Positions 30,375 through 39,022 of a stretch of 64,000 bases of DNA are shown here, piece by piece (position 1 is the first letter of the stretch; each line of letters starts with the position of its first letter). Origin of the DNA: an uncultured Gammaproteobacteria bacterium. GTDB lineage: Bacteria > Patescibacteriota > Patescibacteriia > Magasanikbacterales > UBA922. The notes below the pieces were generated by a model. It was not told where the DNA came from. It saw only the letters and a program-made list of their open reading frames with translations, and did not search any database. A program made the position numbers and the translations under genes. The stretch is from the NCBI GenBank assembly GCA_964522435.1, contig CAZFUL010000002.1, positions 44,631 through 108,630 of the forward strand. Reading direction: 5' to 3'.

Positions 30375-31142
30375 ATGACCATCCTTGGCGTTCGAATTGA
30401 TGCCTTGTCACCAAGTGCTGCTATACAACAGGTACAGGCGTTTTTGGGTTCTGATAGGCCACACATGGTTGTGACGCCGAATCCAGAAATGTTGGTAGCC
30501 GCGCAAAAAGATGTGTATTTTCGCGAAGTCTTGAATGAGGCCCATCTTTCTATTTGTGATGGAAAGGGGATCGCATTGCTGACCCGTGGAAACCTTACCC
30601 GCTATGCCGGAGTAGATATGATGGAAGATATTTGTGCACTTGCTGCTGCGGAAAAAAAACGTATTTTTTTGTTGGGTACAGGAACCCGGCATACGCTAGA
30701 AAAAGCAGCCGCAGCCCTGCAACAAGAATTTCCTACGCTTATTATTGCTGGCATGCATCCGGGTATGCCAATTACAGAAAAACCCTCCCCGCACGACGCC
30801 ACACGATTGATCTTGCACTATGATGCACCAGCGCAGGAAGAGCTTATTGATAGTATTATTGCTGCTGCACCAGATATATTGTTTGTCGCCTTTGGTCATT
30901 CCAAACAAGAAAAATGGATATATGAACATGTGGCTGAATTACCGAGTGTGCGAGTGGCTATGGGGATTGGTGGAGCAATTGATTTTTTTGCTGGTACTCG
31001 TCGTCGTGCGCCGCGCATGATGCAAGCGCTTGGATTAGAATGGTTGTGGCGATTGATACAACAGCCAACACGGATACGGCGTATTTGGCGGGCAGTGGTG
31101 GTATTTCCTATACTGTATTTTTCGAAACATAATCATACATAA
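30375..31142 (+). CDS. WecB/TagA/CpsF family glycosyltransferase
   Basis: ILGVRID, VTPNPE, DGKGI, DILFVAFG..KQEKW, GIGGAIDF, RRAP, GLEWLWRL. Confidence 0.92.
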   Translation: MTILGVRIDALSPSAAIQQVQAFLGSDRPHMVVTPNPEMLVAAQKDVYFREVLNEAHLSICDGKGIALLTRGNLTRYAGVDMMEDICALAAAEKKRIFLLGTGTRHTLEKAAAALQQEFPTLIIAGMHPGMPITEKPSPHDATRLILHYDAPAQEELIDSIIAAAPDILFVAFGHSKQEKWIYEHVAELPSVRVAMGIGGAIDFFAGTRRRAPRMMQALGLEWLWRLIQQPTRIRRIWRAVVVFPILYFSKHNHT

Positions 31143-31150
31143 TTTCTTCT

Positions 31151-31897
31151 ATGCTTTCTCTTAAAAAAATTCGCCAACTGCAACAAAAAAAATACCGCTA
31201 TGAATACCGACAATTTTTGGTTGAAGGCGTAAAAGGGGTGCAAGAAGCTCTTGCCGCAAAGCGAGTTCGGTTGCTTATGATAGAAGAATCTAAACAACAG
31301 CTGCTGCATACGCTTATTATGGACGCAGCACAACAAGGCATAGAAATTCGTATTGTTTCTGCAAAAGATGCAGAGTCGGTTAAAACAACAGAAACATTTG
31401 CCGGCGTGTTAGCTGTATGTGATATGACGAGTGCATCACTTGCTGATGTGGCGGGAACGGTCATTTGTTTAGATACCCTGCAAGATCCGGGTAATGTGGG
31501 CACCATTATTCGCACTGCCGATTGGTTTGGTGTGTCTCATATTTTATTATCTGAAAATTGTGTAGACCCGTATAACGAAAAAACTGTCCGTAGTAGCATG
31601 GGATCCTTGTTTCACGTACAACTCTATCAATCAACCAATATAATTCAGGATGTGGGGTATTTGCAAAAACAGCATGGGTATCAGGTACATGGCTTAACCC
31701 TGCATGGCAGGCCACTGAGCCCTGATATCGTGTTTTCTGTGCGTGATTGTCTTGTCTTTGGCAGTGAATCCCATGGGTTATCGTCAGATCTTGAAAAAAT
31801 GCTTCATGCGCGCTACACTATTCCCGGCATTGGCCAAGCAGAATCCCTCAACGTTGCTATTGCAGCCGGGATTGTATTATCTCGAGTATCGCTATGA
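31151..31897 (+). CDS. TrmH/SpoU family RNA methyltransferase
   Basis: FLVEG, QDPGNVGTIIRTA, GSESHG, ESLNVA. Confidence 0.92.
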   Translation: MLSLKKIRQLQQKKYRYEYRQFLVEGVKGVQEALAAKRVRLLMIEESKQQLLHTLIMDAAQQGIEIRIVSAKDAESVKTTETFAGVLAVCDMTSASLADVAGTVICLDTLQDPGNVGTIIRTADWFGVSHILLSENCVDPYNEKTVRSSMGSLFHVQLYQSTNIIQDVGYLQKQHGYQVHGLTLHGRPLSPDIVFSVRDCLVFGSESHGLSSDLEKMLHARYTIPGIGQAESLNVAIAAGIVLSRVSL

Positions 31898-33375
31898 TAA
31901 AAGTAAGAACCCGTATACCGCCAAGTCCCACAGGCATGTTTCATGTGGGAAGTTTGCGTACCGCATTGTATAATTATTTGTATGCCAAAAAACATGGTGG
32001 TGAGTTTATTTTGCGTATAGAAGACACCGACCAAGAACGCTTTGTTCCTGGGAGCATGGAAAATATTATTGAAACCTTGGCTATTGCCGGTATTGCCCCA
32101 GATGAAGGTCCGTATATGACCGCAGAAGGAAGCATAGAAGAAAAAGGGGAGTATGGCCCATATGTTCAGTCTGCCCGCTTACCGATTTATAAACAATATG
32201 TTGATCAGCTTATTGCGCAAGGCCATGCCTATTATGCGTTTGATAGTGCAGACGCCTTAGAGGCAATGCGTGAACAACAACGTCTCAACAAGCAAGCTAC
32301 CCGCTATGATAGGGCGAGTATGAAAAATAGTTTTACCCTCTCAAAAGAAGAGGTAGAAGAACGGCTCGCAAAAGGAGAGGAGTATGTCGTCCGTATGAAG
32401 GTGCCAAGTGAGGGGAGTACGAGTTTTCATGATGTGGTCCGAGGAACCATTACGTTTGATAATAAAGAAGTAGATGATCAAATTTTGTTAAAGTCAGATG
32501 GCTTCCCAACCTATCATTTAGCAGTGGTGGTCGATGATCATCTTATGCAAATTACGCATGTTTCTCGTGGAGAAGAATGGTTACCGTCAACACCAAAACA
32601 TGTGTTGTTATATCAAATGTTTGGCTGGGACATGCCTGTATTTGCGCATCAACCCTTACTCGTGAATGAACAAAAACAAAAACTAAGTAAACGCCATGGC
32701 GATGTTTCGGTAAAAGATTTTTTGGAAAAGGGATATTTAATAGAAGCCTTGCTCAATTTTGTTGCGTTTTTAGGCTGGAATCCCAAAACAGAACAAGAAA
32801 TTTTTTCATTAGAAGAATTGATTGTTGCCTTTGATTTAGATCAAATATCAAAATCCGCCGCCGTCTTTAATCGAGAAAAATTGGATTGGTATAATAAACA
32901 ATACTTGATGAAATCTTCTGCACAAGAAGTCGCACGCCGAGCAAAACCGTTTTTTGATCAAGCCGGATTTACTCTTTCTGAACAAGACATTGCGCGTGTT
33001 ATTCCTTTAGAACAAGAGCGGGTAACCACCTTAGCAGAATTTCCAGCAGCCCTGTCATTTATATTTCAAGATACGTTATCGTATGCCCCTGAACTGTTGG
33101 TGTGGAAAAAAGATACGCGAGAACGATCAAGAGAAATATTGCAGCTCTTAGTCACACAGATGGATACCATGCTTGCTTGGACAAAAGAAGATATTGAAAA
33201 CAGTATCAAGAATTGGATTCAACAAGAACAGCTTGGGGTAGGAAATGTGCTTTGGCCCATGCGCACTGCCCTTTCTGGGCAGCAAAATTCGCCTGGTCCC
33301 TTTGAGATCGCAGCCGTATTAGGGAAAGAAAAAACCATACAGCGCTTGCAACAAGCGATTGACGTATTAGCTTAA
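31894..33375 (+). CDS. gltX: Glutamate--tRNA ligase
   Basis: PSPTG.FHVGS (HIGH), LRIEDTD, PTYHLA, KLSKR. Confidence 0.96.
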   Translation: MIKVRTRIPPSPTGMFHVGSLRTALYNYLYAKKHGGEFILRIEDTDQERFVPGSMENIIETLAIAGIAPDEGPYMTAEGSIEEKGEYGPYVQSARLPIYKQYVDQLIAQGHAYYAFDSADALEAMREQQRLNKQATRYDRASMKNSFTLSKEEVEERLAKGEEYVVRMKVPSEGSTSFHDVVRGTITFDNKEVDDQILLKSDGFPTYHLAVVVDDHLMQITHVSRGEEWLPSTPKHVLLYQMFGWDMPVFAHQPLLVNEQKQKLSKRHGDVSVKDFLEKGYLIEALLNFVAFLGWNPKTEQEIFSLEELIVAFDLDQISKSAAVFNREKLDWYNKQYLMKSSAQEVARRAKPFFDQAGFTLSEQDIARVIPLEQERVTTLAEFPAALSFIFQDTLSYAPELLVWKKDTRERSREILQLLVTQMDTMLAWTKEDIENSIKNWIQQEQLGVGNVLWPMRTALSGQQNSPGPFEIAAVLGKEKTIQRLQQAIDVLA

Positions 33376-33415
33376 ATACACGTATACTAGAGCTATATAT
33401 TTAATTCTATTGTCT

Positions 33416-33724
33416 ATGATGGCGAAAAAATGTATTGGGTCAAAAGTGATCGCAACCCTATTGGTTGTTGGTGGTCTTAATTGGGGTCTTATTGGGTTAT
33501 TTGATTGGAACCTCGTAAATGCACTTTTTGGCTCTGTTGCTTGGTTAGAACGAGCCGTATACATTCTTGTGGGTGTTGCTGCGGTTATGTCTATCTTTCA
33601 TTGCAAATGCAAGATGTGTAAGGGCAACTGGGGCACAAAAGCAGATGATATGTCTTGTGGTGATGGCGGTTGTGGAGATTGTCATTGTAAAGATGGCGCT
33701 TGCAAATGTGAAGTAAAAAAATAG
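33416..33724 (+). CDS. DUF378 membrane protein with Cys-rich C-terminal tail
   Basis: LVVGGLNWGLIGLF..NLV..LFG...YILVG; tail with 9 Cys. Confidence 0.8.
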   Translation: MMAKKCIGSKVIATLLVVGGLNWGLIGLFDWNLVNALFGSVAWLERAVYILVGVAAVMSIFHCKCKMCKGNWGTKADDMSCGDGGCGDCHCKDGACKCEVKK

Positions 33725-33743
33725 TTTTTTTCTATATATCTTC

Positions 33744-33775
33744 AAAAAATCCCTGATTCTGTCAGGGTTTTTTTA
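33744..33775 (+). terminator. Intrinsic terminator
   Basis: CCCTGA-TTCTG-TCAGGG followed by a T-tract. Confidence 0.7.
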
Positions 33776-33781
33776 TAGGGA

Positions 33782-33810
33782 TTGACGGATATGCAATTAT
33801 CTTATATACT
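33782..33810 (+). promoter_or_regulatory. sigma70 promoter of tRNA-Thr
   Basis: TTGACG-N17-TATACT. Confidence 0.7.
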
Positions 33811-33828
33811 TTTTTTCGTTGATAATAC

Positions 33829-33901
33829 GCCGTCATAGCTCAGTCGGTAGAGCGCATCCATGGTAAGGATGAGGTCCCCAGTTCGATCCTGGGTGTCGGC
33901 T
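33829..33901 (+). tRNA. tRNA-Thr (GGT)
   Basis: GCCGTCATAGCTCAGTCGGTAGAGC...CATCCATGGTAAGGATG...GTTCGATCCTGGGTGTCGGCT cloverleaf. Confidence 0.95.
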
Positions 33902-33909
33902 CACAATCG

Positions 33910-33938
33910 CAAAAACAGTCTTAAAAGGGCTGTTTTTT
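33910..33938 (+). terminator. Terminator after tRNA-Thr
   Basis: AAAAACAGTCTT-AA-AAGGGCTGTTTTTT. Confidence 0.65.
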
Positions 33939-34010
33939 GTATTCTTTCGCATGGTTGAACTCTTCTCCTACTTTTGATAGTATAGTGCCAATATACCCCT
34001 TATTCCTTTT

Positions 34011-34520
34011 ATGCAGATTCAGATAAAAAAAATAGTTGTGCCGCGTGTGTTTCTCTCTCGATTAACACTATGGAAACAAATGCAACAATCTCTTCGCTAT
34101 GGTCTCTTAGGGTTAGGGATTGTTCTTATAACGCTTGGACCTCTATCGATCATTCCTATATTTATTATAAAGGGCTATTACCAAGGGCTTAATGACACCG
34201 CTAATACCTTTCTTCCTGTTATTCGCTGGATATTCTTTTGGGCATTCTTTTTTGTTCAACTCATTGCTGCCTATCTTGCGTTAGTGAATCAAGGGAGGTA
34301 TGCCTGGCGATATGGAGTAGTATTAAGCGTTACTGTCGTGATTGGGTTTATATTATTTGGCATGACAGGTGCTGGATTTTGGGAAAAAACAGAAACAGAT
34401 TGGAACATACTTTGGAAAGTGGTAGGAGTACTCTATGGTATATTGGGGATTCCGCAAATTATTAGTTCTTTATTCGTATCTCTGGTTTCTGCATATACAA
34501 GTAAAAAATTATCAGTATAG
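34011..34520 (+). CDS. Hypothetical membrane protein
   Basis: 169-aa ORF with about 4 TM segments. Confidence 0.6.
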   Translation: MQIQIKKIVVPRVFLSRLTLWKQMQQSLRYGLLGLGIVLITLGPLSIIPIFIIKGYYQGLNDTANTFLPVIRWIFFWAFFFVQLIAAYLALVNQGRYAWRYGVVLSVTVVIGFILFGMTGAGFWEKTETDWNILWKVVGVLYGILGIPQIISSLFVSLVSAYTSKKLSV

Positions 34521-34597
34521 GTTTTTGTATATGTCGAACTGAATATTGTTTTCTTGTAGTATCTCATACATGGACTTCTTATTTAATATATGTTTTT

Positions 34598-35176
34598 ATG
34601 CCCCTCACAAAACAAATAAAAACTATTCTCTTGTTTAACGTTATCTATATCACCCTGTTTGGTGCATTCGCTGTGTATCGAGAAAATTGGGAATTTTTAT
34701 TTTATGTGTCGATTGTTGGGTTTTTCTTTTTTCTCCTGCTTAAAAAACATCAAACACTTGGCTTAACACCAGGGGTGTTGTGGGGGCTTTCTGTCTGGGG
34801 GCTTATTCATATGATGGGGGGAAATATCCCGGTGAATGGCAGTGTGTTGTATAATGTGCAACTTATTCCGATATTTTTAAAATATGATCAACTGGTGCAT
34901 GCCTTTGGATTTGGTGTGACAACCGTTGTTGGCTGGCAGCTTATTCGACCGTATTTGAAAGAAACATATAATCGGGTAACAATTGGTATTTTGATTGTGA
35001 TGATTGGTATGGGAGCCGGTGCCTTGAACGAAACACTAGAATTTATTGCAACCGTTATTGTTCCAGAAACAAATGTTGGGGGATATCTCAATACTTCACT
35101 TGACCTTATTTTTAATATGCTTGGGGCAAGTATTGCGGCGGTGTATATTATGAGTCGGGAGAAAAAAAGAATGTAA
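34598..35176 (+). CDS. DUF2238-like membrane protein
   Basis: IHMMGG, YDQLVHAFG, GALNETLEF, GGYLNTSLDL..N. Confidence 0.7.
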   Translation: MPLTKQIKTILLFNVIYITLFGAFAVYRENWEFLFYVSIVGFFFFLLLKKHQTLGLTPGVLWGLSVWGLIHMMGGNIPVNGSVLYNVQLIPIFLKYDQLVHAFGFGVTTVVGWQLIRPYLKETYNRVTIGILIVMIGMGAGALNETLEFIATVIVPETNVGGYLNTSLDLIFNMLGASIAAVYIMSREKKRM

Positions 35177-35343
35177 ATACTGTCAGGTATACAACGCCAA
35201 GCCATCATTATATAAACGCAGTCTTAACCAGGCTGCTTTTTATATATCCCAAAGGCAACCCTCCATGATTGACTTTTTTCTTTGCTTATGATAGATAAGC
35301 TGCACAACTGAACCGGAAGTTCCGGAACGTAAGGAGGGATAGC

Positions 35344-35898
35344 ATGTCAATTAGCTTTGGATTGCGTCGTTTTCTGCAGCAGCTCCGCTACGATGAGCTC
35401 CGGCTGTTCCAACAGTTCACACAGATGGCTGGTACGGGAGATCGCCTGTGTCTGAAAGATATTCCACCGGAGAAGGGAGAAGCGGTGAGCGCCTTCTTTG
35501 CACTGTTGGTGGAACAGGATATCCTCACCCTCGTGAGCGAACAAGGGGCACATGGGAATATCTGGCGTCTCAACCGGCGTTTGTATGACCAGCTGCTTCC
35601 TGCCAGCTACCAGACCCCCAAGGGGATTGTGCTGCTGGTGGCACAGGAATTCCAGCAGCCTGTGGCACATATTTTGGGTCATGAACACCGCAAACCTGCT
35701 GTGTTTGCCACGAAAGTGGTTGCCTGGCTCATGTACAACAATGGCCGGGGCACGACCTCCCAAGCTGATATCGGTAAGGAGCTGAACCGGGCCCAGTCAA
35801 CCGTATGCACCGATATCATCTTCATTGGGCAGGCAATGCTCGAAGATCCGGCGTTCAACGCTCGGGTGATGCGGTTATACGCCCGCATCTACGGCTGA
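35344..35898 (+). CDS. GC-rich protein with standalone DnaA domain IV-like helix-turn-helix
   Basis: AAGGAGG SD; VAQEFQQPVAHILG..RKPAVFATKVVAWLM...SQADIGKELNRAQSTV...EDPAFNARV aligns by eye to Bac_DnaA_C; no AAA+ domain. Confidence 0.7.
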   Translation: MSISFGLRRFLQQLRYDELRLFQQFTQMAGTGDRLCLKDIPPEKGEAVSAFFALLVEQDILTLVSEQGAHGNIWRLNRRLYDQLLPASYQTPKGIVLLVAQEFQQPVAHILGHEHRKPAVFATKVVAWLMYNNGRGTTSQADIGKELNRAQSTVCTDIIFIGQAMLEDPAFNARVMRLYARIYG

Positions 35899-36033
35899 TT
35901 TTCCCACCTGAAACGAGAGAATCCCACCTTTCAGGGCGGCAATTCTCGTTTCCCAAGACGATGCCACCCAATCTCTGTATATACTCGTATGTATGTAGAG
36001 ATTGGAGAACAACGGCATCGTTTTGTGAAAAAA

Positions 36034-36064
36034 TAAAACCCCGACACATGTGTCAGGGTTTTTT
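36034..36064. terminator. Bidirectional terminator
   Basis: AAAACCCCGACACATGTGTCAGGGTTTTTT. Confidence 0.65.
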
Positions 36065-36084
36065 AATCTCTCATGGTTGTTTTC

Positions 36085-36642
36085 TTATGGAACCACGTTA
36101 ATTTCTAAGGCATTAAATTGTTGTGTTCCGGTTTGTTCGCAAGATAAGTAAATTGTTTGTGGTGGATTCTTGACGCTAATGGTAAATGGTTGCGCATCGT
36201 AGCCGTCCAAGATAATTGATTTTGTTCCAATCGTAATTTTTTGTGGGTCTGCAGAGAATCCATCTAATAACACTGTCGTGCCATTTTTTACCAGCATTTT
36301 GTTGGTAGGAATGGTTTTACAATGTTCTATTTGGATACGCCAATCTCCGTAGGTCGCTAATGCTTTTTGATAGGTATCTGGATTTGCTTTTAAATGTTTT
36401 CCTGAAACAACTGGCGCGGCATTGTTGCCTCCGGTTGCTGGGGCGTCTTCATTTTTCTTTGGAAGAGTCATGGTGTTGTCACGTTCCACTGCGGTGCCTT
36501 CTGCAAAAGGAGAGGTGGAATTGCCATCAACAGTCATTGTCTCTTTTTTTGCATTGGTAATAAGAATACTCACAATGAATACCAATACAATAATACCGGC
36601 AATGATCAACTGTTCACGATACTTGGTAATGATGTCATTCAT
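36085..36642 (-). CDS. Hypothetical membrane-anchored protein
   Basis: N-terminal TM, low-complexity linker, beta-rich C-terminal domain with 2 Cys. Confidence 0.65.
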   Translation of the reverse strand: MNDIITKYREQLIIAGIIVLVFIVSILITNAKKETMTVDGNSTSPFAEGTAVERDNTMTLPKKNEDAPATGGNNAAPVVSGKHLKANPDTYQKALATYGDWRIQIEHCKTIPTNKMLVKNGTTVLLDGFSADPQKITIGTKSIILDGYDAQPFTISVKNPPQTIYLSCEQTGTQQFNALEINVVP

Positions 36643-36752
36643 ATATTTTTGCTTAAATGTATGCTGTAGTATGCCGCTTTTTATGGTGGTTTGTCAACTG
36701 AGTCTTGAAACATATATTCTGCAAAAAAAATATGTGCTATACTGATATACGT

Positions 36753-37433
36753 ATGATTACGTTAACGAATGTTACAAAACAATATACAAAAGATAGCGTT
36801 GGTGTAGAAGATATTGACTTATTTGTGGACGCAGGTGAATTTGTTTCCATTGTTGGTCAAAGTGGTACCGGAAAAACAACGCTCATCAAACTCCTTATTG
36901 CGGAAGAAAAACCCACCCGTGGAAAAATAGAAGTGGGAGGTTGGGATATTACCAAAATTTCATACCGCGATATTCCACTGCTGCGCCGTCAAATTGGGGT
37001 TATTTTTCAGGATTTTAAATTACTCGATAAAAAAACTGTGATAGAAAATGTGGCCTTTGCGTTGCAAGTATCTGGGACACCGACGAGTCGGATTCGAGAT
37101 GTGGTTCCCAAAGTCTTAAAAATTGTTGGGCTTGATAAAAAAATAGATCGTTACCCGCATCAATTATCTGGTGGAGAACAGCAACGGGTTGCTATTGCGC
37201 GAGCCTTAGTGCATCGGCCAAAAATTTTGGTCGCCGACGAGCCAACAGGGAATTTGGATACGATTAATTCTCAAGAGATTATTGATATCTTGAAAAAAAT
37301 TAATGACTTTGGCACGACGATTGTATTGGTAACGCACGATAAAGATATTGTGAATCAATTGCGTCGTCGTGTGATTACCTTACATAATGGCCGCATTGTG
37401 GTCGATGAAAAAAGTGGTAAATATCAATTGTAA
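36753..37433 (+). CDS. ftsE: Cell division ATP-binding protein FtsE
   Basis: [40 protein letters not shown]; upstream of ftsX. Confidence 0.95.
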   Translation: MITLTNVTKQYTKDSVGVEDIDLFVDAGEFVSIVGQSGTGKTTLIKLLIAEEKPTRGKIEVGGWDITKISYRDIPLLRRQIGVIFQDFKLLDKKTVIENVAFALQVSGTPTSRIRDVVPKVLKIVGLDKKIDRYPHQLSGGEQQRVAIARALVHRPKILVADEPTGNLDTINSQEIIDILKKINDFGTTIVLVTHDKDIVNQLRRRVITLHNGRIVVDEKSGKYQL

Positions 37434-37436
37434 TAT

Positions 37437-38345
37437 ATGATTTCTTTTCTTCGTATTATCCGATTTGCGTTGCAGGACATGGTGCGTAACCTGAGCTTGT
37501 CCTTCATGACATTGCTGATTCTTATTCTCATGTTATTGTCTATCAATACCCTTATTATTGTGCGGGTATTTACTGACCAGACTATTGAAACCGTGAAACA
37601 GCAAATAGATGTGAGTGTGTATTTTCATCATGAAGCAAAAGATGACAGTATAGAAGAAATGCGCCAATATATTACTGCCTTTCCAGAAGTTACCGATGTA
37701 AGCTATTACAATAAAGAACAAGTGTTAGAACAATTTCGTGAAACACATAAAGATAATCCAGATATTATTGCCTCCTTGTCTGAATTAGCAGATAATCCGC
37801 TTGGCGCCACCATGATTATTAAAACGCGTGATCCAGCAGATTACAAAAAGGTTATTGATGCGTTAAATGTTCCGGAGTATGACGGTATTATTGAAGCAAA
37901 AACCTTTGCAGACACAGAGCAAGCCATTAGCCGAGTGACGCTCATTACCAAACAAGTAGAACAAGCGGTATATGCCTTAACGGCCTTGTTTGCCATTATT
38001 GCCTTCTTTGTTATTTTTAATACTGTACGCGTCGCCATTTATACCCAAAGAACAGAGATTAGTATTAAAAAATTGGTCGGCGCAACAGATTGGTTTGTGC
38101 GTGGTCCGTATATTGTAGAATCAGTTTTATTTACCATCCTGAGTGTTGCGATAACAACTGGGATTATGTTTTTTGTCATTCGCTTTTTAGACCCCTATGT
38201 GAGTGTATTATTGAATAAAGAGGCATTCTTGACAAATTACGTTGAGTCTCATATACTGGTGCTCATAGCGACTCAATGTATCGTGGTTTTCTTCTTAACG
38301 ATTGCCACCAGTGGGTTAGCAATGAGGAAGTACCTTAGAACGTAG
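37437..38345 (+). CDS. ftsX: Cell division permease FtsX
   Basis: RNLSLSF, NPLG, FNTVRVAI..RTEI.I.KLVGAT.WFVRGPY. Confidence 0.92.
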   Translation: MISFLRIIRFALQDMVRNLSLSFMTLLILILMLLSINTLIIVRVFTDQTIETVKQQIDVSVYFHHEAKDDSIEEMRQYITAFPEVTDVSYYNKEQVLEQFRETHKDNPDIIASLSELADNPLGATMIIKTRDPADYKKVIDALNVPEYDGIIEAKTFADTEQAISRVTLITKQVEQAVYALTALFAIIAFFVIFNTVRVAIYTQRTEISIKKLVGATDWFVRGPYIVESVLFTILSVAITTGIMFFVIRFLDPYVSVLLNKEAFLTNYVESHILVLIATQCIVVFFLTIATSGLAMRKYLRT

Positions 38346-38369
38346 TTGTCTAAGTTATATAGGATATAC

Positions 38370-38391
38370 CGCCTACGCTAAAGCTACGGCG
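38370..38391. repeat. Short palindromic REP-like element
   Basis: CGCCTACGCTAAAGCTACGGCG; related CGCTGAAGCTATGCG near 15857. Confidence 0.5.
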
Positions 38392-38398
38392 AACACAG

Positions 38399-38469
38399 TC
38401 GGGGATCGTCTAACGGTAGGACTCTAGGTTTTGGTCCTAGTTATCGGGGTTCGAATCCCTGTCCCCGAG
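38399..38469 (+). tRNA. tRNA-Gln (TTG)
   Basis: TCGGGGATCGTCTAACGGTAGGAC...CTAGG-TTTTGGT-CCTAG...GGGGTTCGAATCCCTGTCCCCGAG. Confidence 0.95.
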
Positions 38470-38471
38470 CA

Positions 38472-38507
38472 AAATATAAATACACCCATATGGGTGTATT
38501 TATATTT
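38472..38507. terminator. Perfect 36-bp palindrome after tRNA-Gln (probable terminator)
   Basis: AAATATAAATACACCCATATGGGTGTATTTATATTT. Confidence 0.7.
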
Positions 38508-38518
38508 ATGATAGTGAA

Positions 38519-38615
38519 AGGGATTCGAAGGGCGCGAGAGCCCCGACTAAATGTCGGGGCGGTGCGCAGCGCCCCGGTACCCGAACGGAGTGAGGGGGAA
38601 TCCCTGTCCCCGAGC
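38519..38615 (+). repeat. tRNA-linked structured element ending in an 18-bp duplicate of the tRNA-Gln 3' end
   Basis: GAATCCCTGTCCCCGAGC at 38453-38470 and 38598-38615; AGGGATTCGAA (38519-38529) is the reverse complement of the T-arm. Confidence 0.85.
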
Positions 38616-38618
38616 TAA

Positions 38619-38650
38619 AACAAAAAGCGGCCAACAGGCCGCTTTTTGTT
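38619..38650 (+). terminator. Second terminator after the duplicated tRNA end
   Basis: AACAAAAAGCGGCC-AACA-GGCCGCTTTTTGTT. Confidence 0.75.
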
Positions 38651-38659
38651 TATATACAT

Positions 38660-38705
38660 TTGACACATTTTCTCAGCGGGTGTAATATCCCCTATAGGGG
38701 GATAT
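38660..38705 (+). promoter_or_regulatory. csoR promoter and CsoR-type operator
   Basis: TTGACA-N17-TAATAT overlapped by the inverted repeat ATATCCCC-TATAG-GGGGATAT (38685-38705), the C/G-tract architecture of CsoR operators. Confidence 0.75.
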
Positions 38706-38727
38706 ATAATAAATTATTTTTATTTCT

Positions 38728-38994
38728 ATGTATAAACCAAAAAATGAAAAAGAACGAATTACGCATCGACTAAAAATTTCTTTTGGTCATATGAAAAAAA
38801 TTTTAACCATGGTAGAAGATGGTGCCTATTGCGTTGATGTTATTCATCAATCGAAAGCGGTGCAAAAAGCACTCAAAGAAGTCGATCATCTTATTTTAGA
38901 AAATCACCTTAATACTTGTGCTGCAGACGCCATAAGAGATGGAGAAGAAAAAAAAGCGATTGAAGAAATTATGGGCATTATAAGAAAAACGTAA
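38728..38994 (+). CDS. csoR: Copper-sensing repressor, CsoR/RcnR family
   Basis: HRLKI..GH...MVE...YCVDV..Q..AV, ILENHLNTC. Confidence 0.9.
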   Translation: MYKPKNEKERITHRLKISFGHMKKILTMVEDGAYCVDVIHQSKAVQKALKEVDHLILENHLNTCAADAIRDGEEKKAIEEIMGIIRKT

Positions 38995-39022
38995 TCCTAT
39001 CGTATCGTTTACTTACTTAATC

